From positions 6,872,213 through 6,936,212 of the forward strand of contig OZ234493.1 of the NCBI GenBank assembly GCA_965153455.1: a DNA stretch of 64,000 nt, in the 5' to 3' direction. Below the pieces are notes generated by a model, which was given only the letters and a program-made list of their open reading frames with translations, did no database searches and had not been told where the DNA came from. This document shows positions 42,072 through 55,836 of this stretch, in pieces. How positions within the stretch are numbered: position 1 is the first letter of the stretch; every line of letters starts with the position of its first letter. The position numbers and the translations under genes were made by a program. The DNA comes from Sphagnum compactum (Eukaryota).

Positions 42072-43799
42072 TAGAGCATCACCAAAAGAAAGCCTGGTGG
42101 CACAAGGCACCACTTCTGGATGTTTTGGGCAGGCCTTTACAAGTTTTTTTCTTTTCTTTTTTTTTTTTTTTTTTTGGGTGTGTTTTTTTCCTTGTGAGTA
42201 CCTATTGGGTATCACAATAATATTTATTTATTTATTTATTTATTAATTAGACCAGGTCTTTGCACTTGGTAAAGAATGTGGCCTCAGACTTTGCCCTAAC
42301 CTTACCTTTTTTTTTTCTTTTTTTTTTCTTTTTTTTTAAAAAAATTTTTATAGGGTACAATTCCATTTCTTATTTGAATTATCTAAAGTTACAAGGTATC
42401 TTGATCTTGGAGTTTGATCTTGTTCCCCTTTTGCAAAGTGGTCAAGTGCTATTTGTGTAAAGATATGTACAAGTAGGGGTTGGTTGGTTGGTTGGTTGGT
42501 AGGCTGTTTTTGAATCCAAAAGAAAAAGAAAGGAAAGAAAAAAAAAGAAAAAGGTTGGGTTAGCCCCACCAAAACTTCCCCCCAAAAACTACCCTAATTT
42601 TGTTTGGCTTTGTTTATGTAATGGGGACTCGTGTAGCCTATGATATTAGCCCAAGTGTGAGATGGTTACCTACACAACTAAATTTTCCTTCCAAAATGAT
42701 TTTTTGTAATTTAATTGAATTTCCAATGACCAAAAAAAAAACACTCAAAATTCAACATCTCTCGCAACCTAGGTTTTAAAATTTCCAAATTACCTTCATT
42801 ATATTCTACTTATTGAGGACTTTTTGACAATACCAATAGTGCACCCAAAGTTTTTTTATAATTTGTATTTTTGATTTAAAATGAATTTTTTTGAAAATTT
42901 GTGCAATATTCTATAATTTTTCCACCATCAAAACATTACAAAACCAAATTGGATGCACTTCTACTCATTGAGGGTTTTCCAACAATACCAAGAATACAAC
43001 AAGAGGTGATGTGGTTTGGGAGATCTCAACATGACAAACAAAACAAACAAACAACCTTCCTTCATAGATAGATTTTATACCCTAAATCCAATGGTCCATT
43101 TTAGGCCATGTGCATCATATGGATGGTTGTAAATGTAAGGACACGTAACTTTTTCTTTTAAAGATTATTTTTTGGCCAATCCAATGTTTTAGGTAACGCC
43201 ACATGTATAAGATCCAACGGCTATAGTTGTGGGGTTTTTGCCATGGACTTTTTCCTTAGCCATTTCATGTGCACACCTCACACATGCCTCAACTAGGTAG
43301 ATGGCATGCTATAATAGCCTTTAACCCCCCAGGTTATTTCAGTAGGAGGTCTTTAAACCACACTAACCATGCTTGAGTTAACTAATACCTTGTCTATAAC
43401 ACCTCATTGAGGGCACTCCAAAATCATAAACCCTAAACCTTACACATGATTCGAGCCTAATTATGTTGCATACAAGGCCAGCTTCAACATATGTCTATTG
43501 AATAATTAGTTATATTTGAGGATTCCATGCCAAATTTTTGAATATTTTTTTTGAATATTCCTTTAGATTCTCTGTTTTCCTTCAGAAAATTTTGTTCCTT
43601 GAAATTTTAACTTTTTTTTGAAAATTTCAACATTTTTTTACAAATAATTGAATTAGTGTTGAAGCTGCCAAGGTACTATGGTATTAGTTAGTGTCAATCT
43701 CTCAAGAACTGTGATGGGTACTTGAATTGGGATGCTAGATGTTTTCTTTGATTGCTAATGTCATCATATGTTCAGGTCTTCAAGTTTAAAATATTTTTT

Positions 43800-44075
43800 C
43801 TTTGGCGGATTTTCATTTTTTAGAACTTATAAATTACGATTTTGACACATATACAAAGGATTTTAGTGAGAAAAAAAAAAGGCTGTACTTTGTTATATTT
43901 CAAAAGAAATAAAAATGAAAATTGTCAGATTTGCGCAACAAGTTCCAGCAGGTAGCCAAAATATAAAAGGATTCTTAAAACTTTCTATTTTCATATTTGG
44001 TCTATAACCAAATTTGGCTAAATCAAATATTCTTGTGGATGATCATTAATTTGGCTACATCATGAAATTGAAAAA
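43800..44075. repeat. Copy of the same dispersed repeat family
   Basis: CCAGCAGGTAGCCAAAATATA..TATAACCAAATTTGGCTAAATC..TGGATGATCA..TTTGGCTACATCA. Confidence 0.55.
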
Positions 44076-46168
44076 GAAAAAGTCCTCAACAAGGATTCAA
44101 TAAAATATTTCCCTCTTTTTTTTCTTTCCAAAAAAATGAGCTGCTTATTGCTAACCCTAAAAGGATTGACCCACACCAAAGGCATATGGTAAAGACGCAT
44201 TAGAGATTTTATGCATCCCCTTCTCAATGTACTAAACCGGGGATTCCAAAGGGTTTTGGAAATGGAATGTGTTTGTTTTTAATTTATTGGAATTTGAAAG
44301 TTGCCTTTTTATGGTCACAATGGTATGTGTTTAAGAAACATATTTGTTGTGAAATAAACCTATGCAATGGAGGATTTAGTTTTGACTACCTAGTCAAAAA
44401 AATTAAGCCTTCAGAAAGAGAAAAGAAAGGTTTATTTGAAATAAAAAATATTATTGATAATCCTGTGCAAAAAAGAAAGAACAAGAAGAAAGGGGCTTGT
44501 ATATTTTATAGGTAGTCTAGACAAGGTTATTGAGATCGTGAATGTCGAAACCACCTTTAATTATCTTATGGCTTTTCCAAATGCAATTCATACATCTAGA
44601 ATACAGTTCACATAACTCCCCATAACTTATGTTGTTCCAATGAGGTTAACATTCCATAGCCCATATTCTTTGATCAAAGTTCTATTAAATTAACATATTT
44701 AAGTAAGTCAAGAGTGAACTTGAAAAATTGCATTTCTATTGTCAACAAGGTTTAACGTTCCTATAAGTATGTGTAGTTAGTTGTAGGCCAACCAAAGAAA
44801 TACCTTATGGCAATACAAATATTGTGAAACCAACTTCTAAAGAATCCATAGCATTACATATTTTATTTCCTTGAAAAACTAAACCCAATTCAATATGAAC
44901 AAGATTCCAAAGTTTTTTCATTTTGTGGAGTTATCCCTAAGGAATGACTTTGGAGTGTTCTCTTTCATGTTTTGACAATCCAAAGCTCATTCATAAGCAA
45001 GAAGTGTAATTGAATGTCATTGTTTTGTTTTTAAGTACAGTTGGGTGCCACTCTAGGAGTGCATGACACATACAACACTCGTGGACATTACAACAAGTTG
45101 TAACATTGAGGTCAATTCCATTTACAACTCAATTTGAAATATAGCAAACTCAACCATTGATAGAAACCAATCCATTCATGTTTCAAGACCTTGCTCCATT
45201 CCAACAATCCTTATTCTTACTTCCCATTTAAAATCCACATACATAAGATGTCAACCAAATGACCCTTAAGACGATGATCTTTTGGGAAGCATGTGAATCG
45301 AATGTGCAGTAGAATCGTTGAAGAGGAATGAATACGTTTGGGCACTAGATCACATGAAATTGTATCAACATTCCTTCTCGTACCAAGTGCTCTTTGCATT
45401 TGTGCATTAACTCAAAGTTCATGCTACCCATAACATTCTCTATAACAAGCCTTTTGTTACTTGGGAAGTGAATATCACACTTCAAAACCAAATGTATATA
45501 AAGAAAAGTTGGAAAAGTTGCATATACATCATCAAGGGTTTTTTTTTTGGGGCAAAATTTCACCATTGTGGCAAAAAAAATAAAAATGGAAAATGGCAAC
45601 ATAAAGTGTTATTTGGGTTTTCTAGTCACCACATTTGAGAAAACTTTTAAAAGAAAAATTACCAATTTTTTTGTATTAAGTTCGAGTAGGGTAGCAAATA
45701 GTATAGATGGATGCTTCATTTTTTCTGCATGTACCTCATCGAAGGTTTTTTGTAAGGCAAATTTTCGCCATTGTGGCCAAATTTCTTGGGAAAATGGCAT
45801 CGGATAAGTGTTATTTGGGTTTTCTAGTTGCCAAATTTCGGAAATTTTTTTAAAAAAAGAAAAAGAAAAAAAAAGTCACCAGGTTTTTGTATTAAGTTCC
45901 AGTAGGGTAGCAAACAGTATAGATGGATGCTTCATTTTTTACTAAAAATTGAATTTCATTTTTTGTTTGTTGCCAGATTTTCTTTAATTGTCTTCTGGAT
46001 GATTACCACTTGAGCTATTTACAAAAAAGGGAAAAAAAGAAAAAAAAAGCACTGATGTACATCAAGATTCAATCCACATGAATTTTCTCCTTCAAATAGG
46101 ATACAAAACAAAGAGAGCAACAAATCCAGGCCTCTTTGATGCTTTCATTAAGAGAGCCTCAATACGAA

Positions 46169-46395
46169 TGACCAAAATATTCATCCTTGCCATGCCATAC
46201 TATGATGATGAAATTAGCCCATGAATTATTATTCAGAGCAATATCACATGCAAAATCTGGACTTAAACAGAGCCAAAAACTGACCAAAATATTCATCCTT
46301 GCCATAATATTATGACAATGAAATTAGTTCATGAATTGAGATTAGTTCATGAATTCAGAGCAATATCATATGCAAAATCTGGACTTAAACAGAGC
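46169..46395. repeat. ~112-bp tandem duplication
   Basis: TGACCAAAATATTCATCCTTGCCAT ... TGCAAAATCTGGACTTAAACAGAGC occurs twice. Confidence 0.85.
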
Positions 46396-46538
46396 AAAAT
46401 ACCAACCAACCCACAACTCCCAGAAGGAACAATCAAGCACAAATTGATGTTAATTTGCTGATTGATCAATCAAATGGGTCTTCATGGATCCTAAGAACCA
46501 GTTATGAATCCTAAGAACCACCCTGATAACCTTCACGT

Positions 46539-46703
46539 CTAAATTGCCCTCAGATTTCATGCAAACAAGCTCAATCCTCAATGGCATTTGCAGCTAAATT
46601 GGCATGAGATTTCATGCAAACAAGCCCCATCCTCAATGGCATTTGCAGCTAAATTGGCATGGGATTTCATGCAAACAAGCCCCATCCTCAATGGCATTTG
46701 CAG
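46539..46703. repeat. 55-bp tandem repeat (3 copies)
   Basis: GATTTCATGCAAACAAGC..ATCCTCAATGGCATTTGCAG at 46553, 46608 and 46663. Confidence 0.92.
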
Positions 46704-47840
46704 ATGGATGGAATGCTTCGAATTAGTAGTACACAAGGTTTTACAAGGTAAATGAGATGATGGATTGCACTTGGACCTGGTGTTATGGTTTTATGGAACA
46801 CATGGTAAATTGATTCTTCTCCACAAGGATGCATGCAAGAAGAAGATTTGGTTGAAGAAAGTCACCATGTGAACTGCAATGGCATTTCTGCAATGAAAGT
46901 ACTAAACACTTCTACCGTACAAAAACATTGCAGTCAGCTCCTGGCAACCTCTTGTTGACGACTGTAAAACTAGTGCAGCATAAAAGAGCAGCTTTCAGCT
47001 CTTTCTCAGGCTGTCTTCTCTATTCCATTGCTGCAAGAAGAAGACATATAGAGAAGAATGACATGCAGGAAAAGAATTGATTCTGCAACCCAGATTGTAT
47101 TAATTTCCTAATGTGCAATTTGGGTGCAACAAGAAAGCATTGATTCTGGAACCCTGATTTTGTATTTGTTGACACAATTGGGTGCAATAAGAAAGTATGG
47201 ACTTTGGAACCCAGATTTTTAATTTTTCTTCTTCTTGATGCAATTGGGTGCCAGCAATTTGATGCCTTGAAATGCTATGTCCAATGGGTGTTATGTCATT
47301 TTGTCACCCGTTTTGGACATATTTCACAAAAGCAAAGAGGACAAAAACACTATATATGATCTACACACACACATGCATGCATAAAAAATTTGTATTATTA
47401 TTACCACATGATTTTTCTTTTTTTCACATTCTGAGTATTGCTTCTTCATTGAGGCTAATTTCCACTTGATTTGGGTATTTGAGCTTGAAGTGTTTGGAAA
47501 ATTCTACTTGCTCTTAAATATTTTTGGCAGTCTCAATTTTTTGATATATCTCTTGAGTGGAAGTGTTGGAAATCTCTTACTCCTAAGAAATTTTTTGCAG
47601 TTTTTCTTTTTCTTTTTCTTTTTCTTCTTTGTTTGTTTGTTTTTTTTCTCTCTTTTTTTGGTGGTTATTTCCTTGAGTGGTAGCCAATATCATGGCTGAT
47701 GGAATGAATGCTATGAGCTTGTGATACAATAAAAGGAACAAAAGTTTTTATAACTCTTTCCCATGGCTTGCAAGAATATGACAGAAGCTCGCGATACAGA
47801 TTTTGTATAATGGGTTTGTCCCAGACTTTTCTGTGGATTA

Positions 47841-47950
47841 TTATATACTAGGGTTTAGGGTTTAGGGTTTTATTATATACTAGGGTTTAGGGTTTTATTT
47901 TATATACTAGGGTTTAGGGTTTTATTTTATATACTAGGGTTTAGGGTTTA
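47841..47950. repeat. Interstitial telomere-motif minisatellite
   Basis: Four units of TTATATACTAGGGTTTAGGGTTT(TA) containing TTTAGGG. Confidence 0.9.
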
Positions 47951-48801
47951 ATGCTCAAGGGTCACACCACTTTGTGAGCAATGTCTCTCATAAGGTTGTG
48001 CCTATTGTTAGGCAAATTCTTCCTTTTGAAGAGAACCTACAGATATGGAGTTCAACAACTATTTAAAAAATTAGTAAAGTTTGACCTAATTCTTAACTTT
48101 ATTATTAAAAAAAAATCAACTCTTAAACCTAAATATTATAATCCCATTTTCAAAAATATTTGTTCCTAGTTTTGAATCTAGCAAATGACTAGTTTCATGG
48201 TTCAATTCTAGTTTTTACCCTATAAACCCAATATCCTCGCAACACTAGTTATAATTTATTACTCTAGGATTTTATTTTTCAGATTTGTCAAAGTAAGTTC
48301 AGTGATGAGGACCCCAAAAGGATCTAGCAATAAATAAATGACAATTTATGGTGGACAAAATTGTTTTTTTCAAAAAACCTTGCTACAATTGGCAACCTAG
48401 CTATTTGCCTAGGTCTAGATATGACAAGTTTTTTTTTTTTCAAAAAATGAAAAAGAAAATTCAAGATCATGAATTTAGAGTAAGTAGCCCGTTCATGCTA
48501 AAATTGAGAACCAACTTTGGGTTTTTTTTTAAATACCTTGGATTGGACGGTTCTCATATTTTGCCTTTTGATAAGACGAGCCTCTCAAGTGAACGGTTCT
48601 CACTCAAGTGAGAACAAAGGAGTGAGAGCATCATCCTGGGTATCACTTGAATGCTACCCGACCAATTTTGTGCAAAAGAGTCGACTAATACCCAGCCCAA
48701 TTCTGAACACCTATTTCCATATACCCGCCCAACATTGGTCACGACTCTATGCTTAGTCTCAGTTTTGCCTTCAAAATGGCGCTCGTGGAGATTTCTCTGC
48801 A

Positions 48802-48806
<5 letters not shown>

Positions 48807-48841
<35 letters not shown>
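48807..48841. repeat. (AT)n microsatellite
   Basis: Directly visible. Confidence 0.9.
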
Positions 48842-48843
<2 letters not shown>

Positions 48844-50476
48844 CGTATGGTTTATACCCGTATTGTATGGTTATCAGAAACGGAAAGAGATAACCGGTGG
48901 TTCTCAGGGTGAGGTATAAACCATGGTTTTTAATAAAAAAATCGACGCTCGGTTCCAACATATAAGCACGGTTCTCAGAAAACCTGAGATCCGAGTCCCA
49001 TATGTGATCACGGTTCGCAAAAGATCTGAGAACCGGTCAAATAACCTTCTGTAAAACCGTCGGCGATTCGCTCGGCCGCTTATTTTGTGAAGGAAAACTG
49101 CCAATTTTTTTTTATGGCTTTTTGAAAAAACCAGAGCCAAAGTTTTTTTTTTAATTTTTTTATAAACAAATTTCTGAATATCTTGAAAAAGTCAAAACAT
49201 CCGAACTCTAAACTGGAACCAGAGGTTATTAAAAATATCAGATAACCGGCCAACACGGGTATGGTTTGGTTTTTACCATGGTATGAGTTGGGTGAGTCTG
49301 GGTACTAGGGTACCCAGTGGACTTTATCTGCAGTACAAAATGTTGAAAATACCCAAAAACATAATTTATTTTTAAATTAATGTGAATTCAATGGATATAA
49401 TATGTGATAATTAAAAACATAAAATAAAGCATATTAATAAAATTAATAAAAACATAAAAATCATATTAATGTGAATTTAATGGATATGTAGGATTATTGT
49501 GCTTTCATGGATATGTAGGATGTGTTATGCTCTAAAACGGGCCCTCATGGACCCATTGCTATGTCCTTAGGGAATGCCACTTGCCCTAACGGGTTCGCCT
49601 CATTCGCCCATGCAGCATTCCTATGTGGAATAGGCATATGCGACTAATGGCACACACATAAAATACGACACAAATGTTGAAAATATGGTACCAATATAAT
49701 ATTCATTTGCCTACATGAATCAACAATGGACACATGGGTTACGCTCATGCAATAAGCCCATGACATGGCCATGTGTCTACTTATTGTGACACATGGCCAT
49801 CCTTATCGGATTGCTATGTTCCTAGGTCTCGGGTTGTTCATAGTATGTTAAGGTATGGGGTGGCAGATTATGTCATGTTTTCTTATCACATTATATGACA
49901 TAATCTTCCAATGATGATCATATGGGTAGTCGTAAACAAGGCATCACAAACAGACTTGCTGGCACCTTGCACATTACCCAACATAATGGGCAGGGGCTTG
50001 ACCATTCCATAGTTCAGAACCCATTTGGAAGTCCTATTCAAGCACTGTTTTCTAGGGTTTCGGGTTTAGGACATCCCAAAAACCCTAAACCCTTTTCTTT
50101 AGCTGGGCCAGGCAGCCCTCTGCTGTTGGTTCCACTTTCTGGTCAAGGGTTGTTTGTGTGATGGGAATCAACATGAATTGAGTAGAATATGTGGCTGGTT
50201 CCTTTGAAGCGGGCCAATCAAGCAAGGACCCATCATAGTATTTGAAGGGAGGAAAATGGGACTTGGAGAGACATAACATGGGCAAGTGAGGGTGTTTGAG
50301 CACCAAGCAAAAGAACAACAGAGGAAAGAAATGGCCAAATGGTAAATAATGCAGAGTAAGCAAAGTTTATGTTAATGGGTTGAGAATAGGGCATTATTTG
50401 CCTCACTTCTTCAAAGTTTTGGGGGGGGTGGGGGGGGGGGGGATTGGTTTAATAAAATGGATTGTACACATGGCAG

Positions 50477-50727
50477 CCGCCCAAATGGATTAGGGTAAGA
50501 ACAAGTGACCTGGGTTAAGAACGAGCGAACAAAGGCAAGAACTGCCTGAATGGATTAGGGTAAGAACAAGTGAGCTGGGTTAAGAATGAGTGAACAAAGG
50601 CAAGAGCCGCCCAAATGGATTAGGGTAAGAACGAGTGAACTAAGGCAAGAACCGCCCAAATGGATTAGGGTAAGAACGAGTGACCTGGGTTAAGAATGAG
50701 CGAATAAAGGCAAGAACCGCCCAAATT
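50477..50727. repeat. 65-bp tandem repeat (units of 65, 65, 45 and 65 bp)
   Basis: CCGCCCAAATGGATTAGGGTAAGAAC..GAACAAAGGCAAGAA units start at 50477, 50542, 50607 and 50652, with a partial copy at 50717. Confidence 0.92.
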
Positions 50728-53149
50728 TGGAAGGTGGGGATGAGAACTTGTGAGGCCTTGCTAATGCGTCCCTTACCTTTCATAAAGAATTTTAGATTTT
50801 GGGGAAAAAGAGGGGTTCTGGATCTGGTTTTTTTAAATTTATAAAACTTTTCTCGGTTTTGATTAGCAAACATTTTTAGTAGGTCGATTAGCGCTCGCTC
50901 AGGTTGGGAGAGGATTCGGGTAGTCTTGCGATTAGGTTCGAATTCAAATAGACTTTAGTTGTTTAGCATTTTCTCTTTATTTGGAGTTGGGTGGACAACA
51001 ATAAAATCATTCTCATTATGGAAAAGCTGAGGGAACACTAGTTTTGGGATAAAACTTTTGGAAACCAACACACATTTTGCCAAAGGGAACAATGCCCTGA
51101 ATTATGGAACAATTGTATTGTGGAAAAATGAAAAAAAGTTCATTCCAATGAAAAATATGGAGACTTTCAACTTATGTGTTCAAAGGTTCAAAACATGTGC
51201 AATGAATGCCTAGAGCCAAGGTTTGAGGGCTAGAATTCCAAACATTTGAAGGAAATGGTAGCAACCGAAAGTCTAGAATGTTCTTGGACAGCAATATTTC
51301 CATCTATATATACCAAGTGCATCAAATACAAGAAAGTGGCCACAACTTGAAGGGTATAATGTTCTTGAACAATAAGATTTCCATCTACCAATTTTCATCC
51401 AACATAAGTGGCAACAACTTGAAGCCTAGAATGTTCTTGGATAGTAACATTTCCATCTGCCAAGTTCAATACATATTAGTCTAAACTTACTAAACACAAC
51501 AAAAACCCTCAAAAAAGAAAATATGATGGGCCAATTCTTATAATGCTCACAAGTGTGTCAAGGTTTTCTATTCCTAATTGAGAGCATTGCATGTTTGTGC
51601 ATATACCTACAATGTTGAATATTCTTTCTACTTTTATCTATGACCCAACAACCCCTAGGATTTGTCAAGCAACAAAAGCAACATTAGAAAATTGCCCATC
51701 CACCGTGCAAGAGGGTCTATGCCCCTCATCATCACTTACCTTCCTCATCATGTAGTGATTCAATTGTTCCTTAACTATTGACAGAGCGATCGTCAATTTC
51801 CATGAAATCATACAATGATGTACCTTCTTCACTATTTCACTATAGAGGGAGCAACAACTTCAGTTGTAACAATTGGGTTGAAATTTTTATACGCATGAAC
51901 CAATAATGGAAACAACACATACCTCTCATGTTCACCCACAATTTGCATTGTTAGAATTATAATTGTAGAATGGATTTATGCAAGTTTGCAAACAAAATAA
52001 TCATGTTATAAGAAAAGCTTTGTAATTGCGAGAAGCCATTGTCCTTTGTTAGGATGTACACACCAACATGGGGTAAGTATTAGAAATTACACCAAAATTC
52101 AAACCCATGTTGGGTATTAGTTTGGGTATCAAAGTTGATAACTATAGGCATCAAAAAATCAAATACCTAGTTTTGATATATAACCATGGTTATAAAAAAT
52201 CAAATACCTTGTTATTATATATAACCATGGTTTTCAAAATTTCTTGAAAAAATCAAATAATTGCCTAGAAAATTGTTGGGTTTTTGCTAGTTTTTTAATA
52301 TGAAGATTTTCAAATAATTGAACCCCATAGTTCGTTGATTCTAAAAACTCAAAATTAGGGGTTTTTTAATTTTGATTTTTTTCAATTACCCAAACCAATG
52401 GGTACTACAAAAATAAATACCGACCCCACACTAGTAAATACATTATTAGGACTCATGAAAGGTATAAAAATTGTTTAATTTTACATATTTTTAAATGTTA
52501 AGTTAATGTTGAAAATGTTCGGTGTACTTATGCAACAATGTTTTAAATATATTATGAAAATATTCAAACAAGTTTGAAATGAATATAATGATTATTGGAT
52601 ATATATAATACCCAAAAACGCTTTTAAAACAATGTAGCCAATGCTTTCATTACTTAATGGACTCCTAAAAAGACTTGAAATGTTTTCAAATGATCTATTT
52701 TCAACATTATTTAAAATATACCCTTGCAAAATAATAAGATCTGTTTATCATAAGAAATTGATGTCAATTTGTAAAACATGATTAGAAAAATATTGTGTTT
52801 AAATAGCCAATCTAGTTCTATGACAAAATTTTAATGAGTTAACCCATTGCTTTTAAAGTAAAACACCAAGAAGATGGGTGTGGCTTTTAATATATGCCCA
52901 TACTCCTAGCCCCTAGCATTAACATAGGTGAAAAATTGTAATCAATGAATTGGACTAGTAGGCATTAAAGGGCCCAACATTTCTTTTTTTGTGGAAGGTG
53001 GGCAAGAGGACTTGGAAGGGTGTGGGACATGGGTTTTTCTTTTTGGGGAGATTTAGGGGGTAGGGGTGGGATATGACAAATTTGTTGATTTCAATTAATC
53101 AAAATAGTTGTTGACATGTCGAACATGTCCAATCAAAGGTGGCTCATAT

Positions 53150-53652
53150 TTTTGTTGTGTGTGTTTTGAACTAGTTGTGAGGCCATTGTTTGTTGATCGA
53201 TGCCATGCATGCAACCATAATAATGAACATGAAACTTAAGGAGGAAATTGATTATTAATCCTCTTGTTAAAGATATCTTGATGGAAGATGTTGATATATT
53301 GAGTGAGGAAAACTTGTTGTGAACATGAAAAAGGAAGTATGTGGGGTCATTGATTAGGTATTTTTCTTTCTTTTTTGACAAAATATGATTAAAAAAAGTT
53401 TCACAATATGTTGTCCCCGATGTTAGATTCTCAACCCAAAAGTCTACTAGATTCATGTGTTCTTTTATTGGTCATGAACAAGGTGTGGCCATAGTTGAAG
53501 AATACGAGGAAATCCCTATTCCTATGCTCTTGAAGTTTTATCATCACTTGTATCCATTATGTGAGGTTGAAAGTTCTTTTGTTGGTAAAAGTAATGAAAC
53601 TTGTCGATTGGATATCTTTGAGATGATTGCGAAAAAGGTGCAAGCAAAATAA
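53150..53652 (+). mobile_element. hAT-like transposase remnant
   Basis: Broken frames read KKFHNMLSPMLD / SFIGHEQGVAIVEEY..PMLLK..HHLYPL..LDIFEM. This resembles the LDPR(F/Y)K region preceding the hAT dimerisation domain. Confidence 0.55.
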
Positions 53653-54959
53653 AATATATACAATTCATGTACCTTGTTGGCCCCAAGAAAAGTAAATTGA
53701 AAGAAGATTTAAAACAACAACAAATACCATCATAAAATTGTTGCTCATTGAATGTTTTTAATTTAATGATCAAAACTAATATACTTCTTCACTAATGTGC
53801 ATTCATTTTCAAATTTTGCATTGTAATAGTATGGTTCTAATAAAATTTTATAAATGCAAGTAGCTTTTGTTTTTGATTTTTTGTAATTTAGGTATTGTTT
53901 CAAATATGTGTCAAATATGTTTTAATAAAGAATATATATATATATATATAATGATGTGCTCAAATATACTATTCTTCATATCCAAATTTAGTGCATACAT
54001 ATTTCATTAAACAAATATTGAAAAAACAAGTTTGAACACCATGTTGACCAATTTCAAACATATTTGTTACATACTTTAATTATATTAAAGTCCTTCAAAT
54101 TTTGTATTCAACCTACCATGTATTCAACAAAGGGCACAATGGTTTCATGATGAAACTTAAAATAAATGTTTAGTCCACTTTCATGCACTTATGTAAAAAA
54201 AAGGTTCTGTTTTGAAATTTGATTTCCACTTTTTAAAGATATTTTATCACGTGAAAGATAACATCAATGAACTTGCGAAAGAACTTGTTGATAAAAAATT
54301 GTTAGTTCCCTTAAATTAGTGAGTATCAACTATAGTGATATTTGAATTGTTAGATAGTTGAATGTAATCTTTGCCAATACGAATTAGCCGAAAGATGTTA
54401 GGGTTGATTTCAAGTTGCTTTCTAATTTGATGGAATTGATAGAGTTTGAAGTGAAGAGGACTTTGCAAATTATTTGAATGAGATGGAGTGAAGGAGATTT
54501 GATAAGTACCCATTGTATAATTACATAATGTGAATAATTATTCTTGCTTTGGCCATTCAAATATTTCAAACTTTGTAAAATATTTTATTGAAAAAAACCA
54601 CAATATATTTCAAATTGTCAAATAACTTTCTAAATATAAACCCACTAAGATGAAAAAATAAGAACCAATTGTGAAAGATAAAAATAAAAATAAAAACAAT
54701 GAAGGGTATGAAAAAATTTAAAAATTATGTCTCGGGTCTTTGAAAAAATAAATTGAAGAAACCAAGGCTAACAATTATCAGTATGCAAAAACATGGAATT
54801 TGCGATTTGGACATTTGTATGACGAGCGTGAATCCACAACTATGATCAAACCTAGTCATGAAATTGTATGAAGAAATTGTATGTGACTTTAATCATGATT
54901 ATATGACTAAAGTCCTATGTGATTATGATGTATGAGTACACGACTAATAGTCATCTTAA

Positions 54960-55245
54960 AAGAGGTTTACCTATCCTATGTAGGTTAAATAGGCTAAGTA
55001 GGGTATGCTAGGGTAGGCATGATAAATACATAGGTTAGAAAGCCCAAATAGCCTTTAGGTATGCCCTACATAGACCTTAAGTAATCCTAGGTAAACAAAC
55101 TAGGTAGATCCTAGGTAGCTAGACTCTAGGTAGCCCCTCAATAAGCCTAGGTGGACATAAATAGTCCCTAGGTAACCTAGGTAGCTTCTATGTAATCTTA
55201 GGTACACTTCAATGGCCCCTAGTTAACCCCTAGGTAGCTTGGTCT
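54960..55245. repeat. CCTAGGTA-type low-complexity palindromic repeat tract
   Basis: Repeated CCTAGGTA / CTAGGTAG words. Confidence 0.6.
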
Positions 55246-55836
55246 AATGTATTTTGTGATTGCAACTTTGAAAGCAAGTAGTAATAAAAATTATGAGTCC
55301 ACCATGACTGCTGGTATGTAGTTCAATGTGTTCTAAACCTTCAACCCATGGGTGAAGTGACCACAAATGTTTTGATCATATTGACCTTTATGTTTGTCCT
55401 TTCACATTACATGAGGAAATGCATTAGGAATTACCCATCACCCTTTTGCATTGTCACCTTTCACATACTCGGGCCACAAGCAAAAGGGCACACTAGTATT
55501 CATGAATATAAGGTGCCATATACACTTAAGAAATTTCTCAGAGTGCTCTCTTTGTAACAAGGACCCATTGGAGTTTTGGAAGATGGCTTTACAATGCAAA
55601 GCCAGTGCATTGTGAGATGAGAGATGAGAAAAGGAATTACATTTTGGGGATGTCATGATGCTCACCCTCCGGGCTGCTGATTCTCCTTTTCCGCTCAAAT
55701 CTTCTACAAAAAAAAAAAGAATCAGATTACAACTCATTATTTCATGGCACCTGACAAGCTCAAGAATTGCTCTGACGTTTCCATCATAGCACAAGGAGCA
55801 ACTATGTTACTGGATTTTTCTTCGTCAAGCAATTTG

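Noticed and set aside
41685..42215. 176-aa ORF with PRALPYTWALLYLHI repeats
   Set aside because: It is produced by a poly-T run and a 45-bp tandem repeat.
44500..45500. Coding-like decayed sequence (also ~8400-9300, 17600-18900, 19700-20600)
   Set aside because: There are many stops in the frames I examined and no diagnostic motif was recognised, so it is left unclassified.
47779..47800. TGACAGAAG (miR156 5' end)
   Set aside because: Only 9 nt match and there is no complementary arm.
50477..50727. Repeat-spacer-like pattern
   Set aside because: The intervening parts are themselves repeated, so it is a plain minisatellite.
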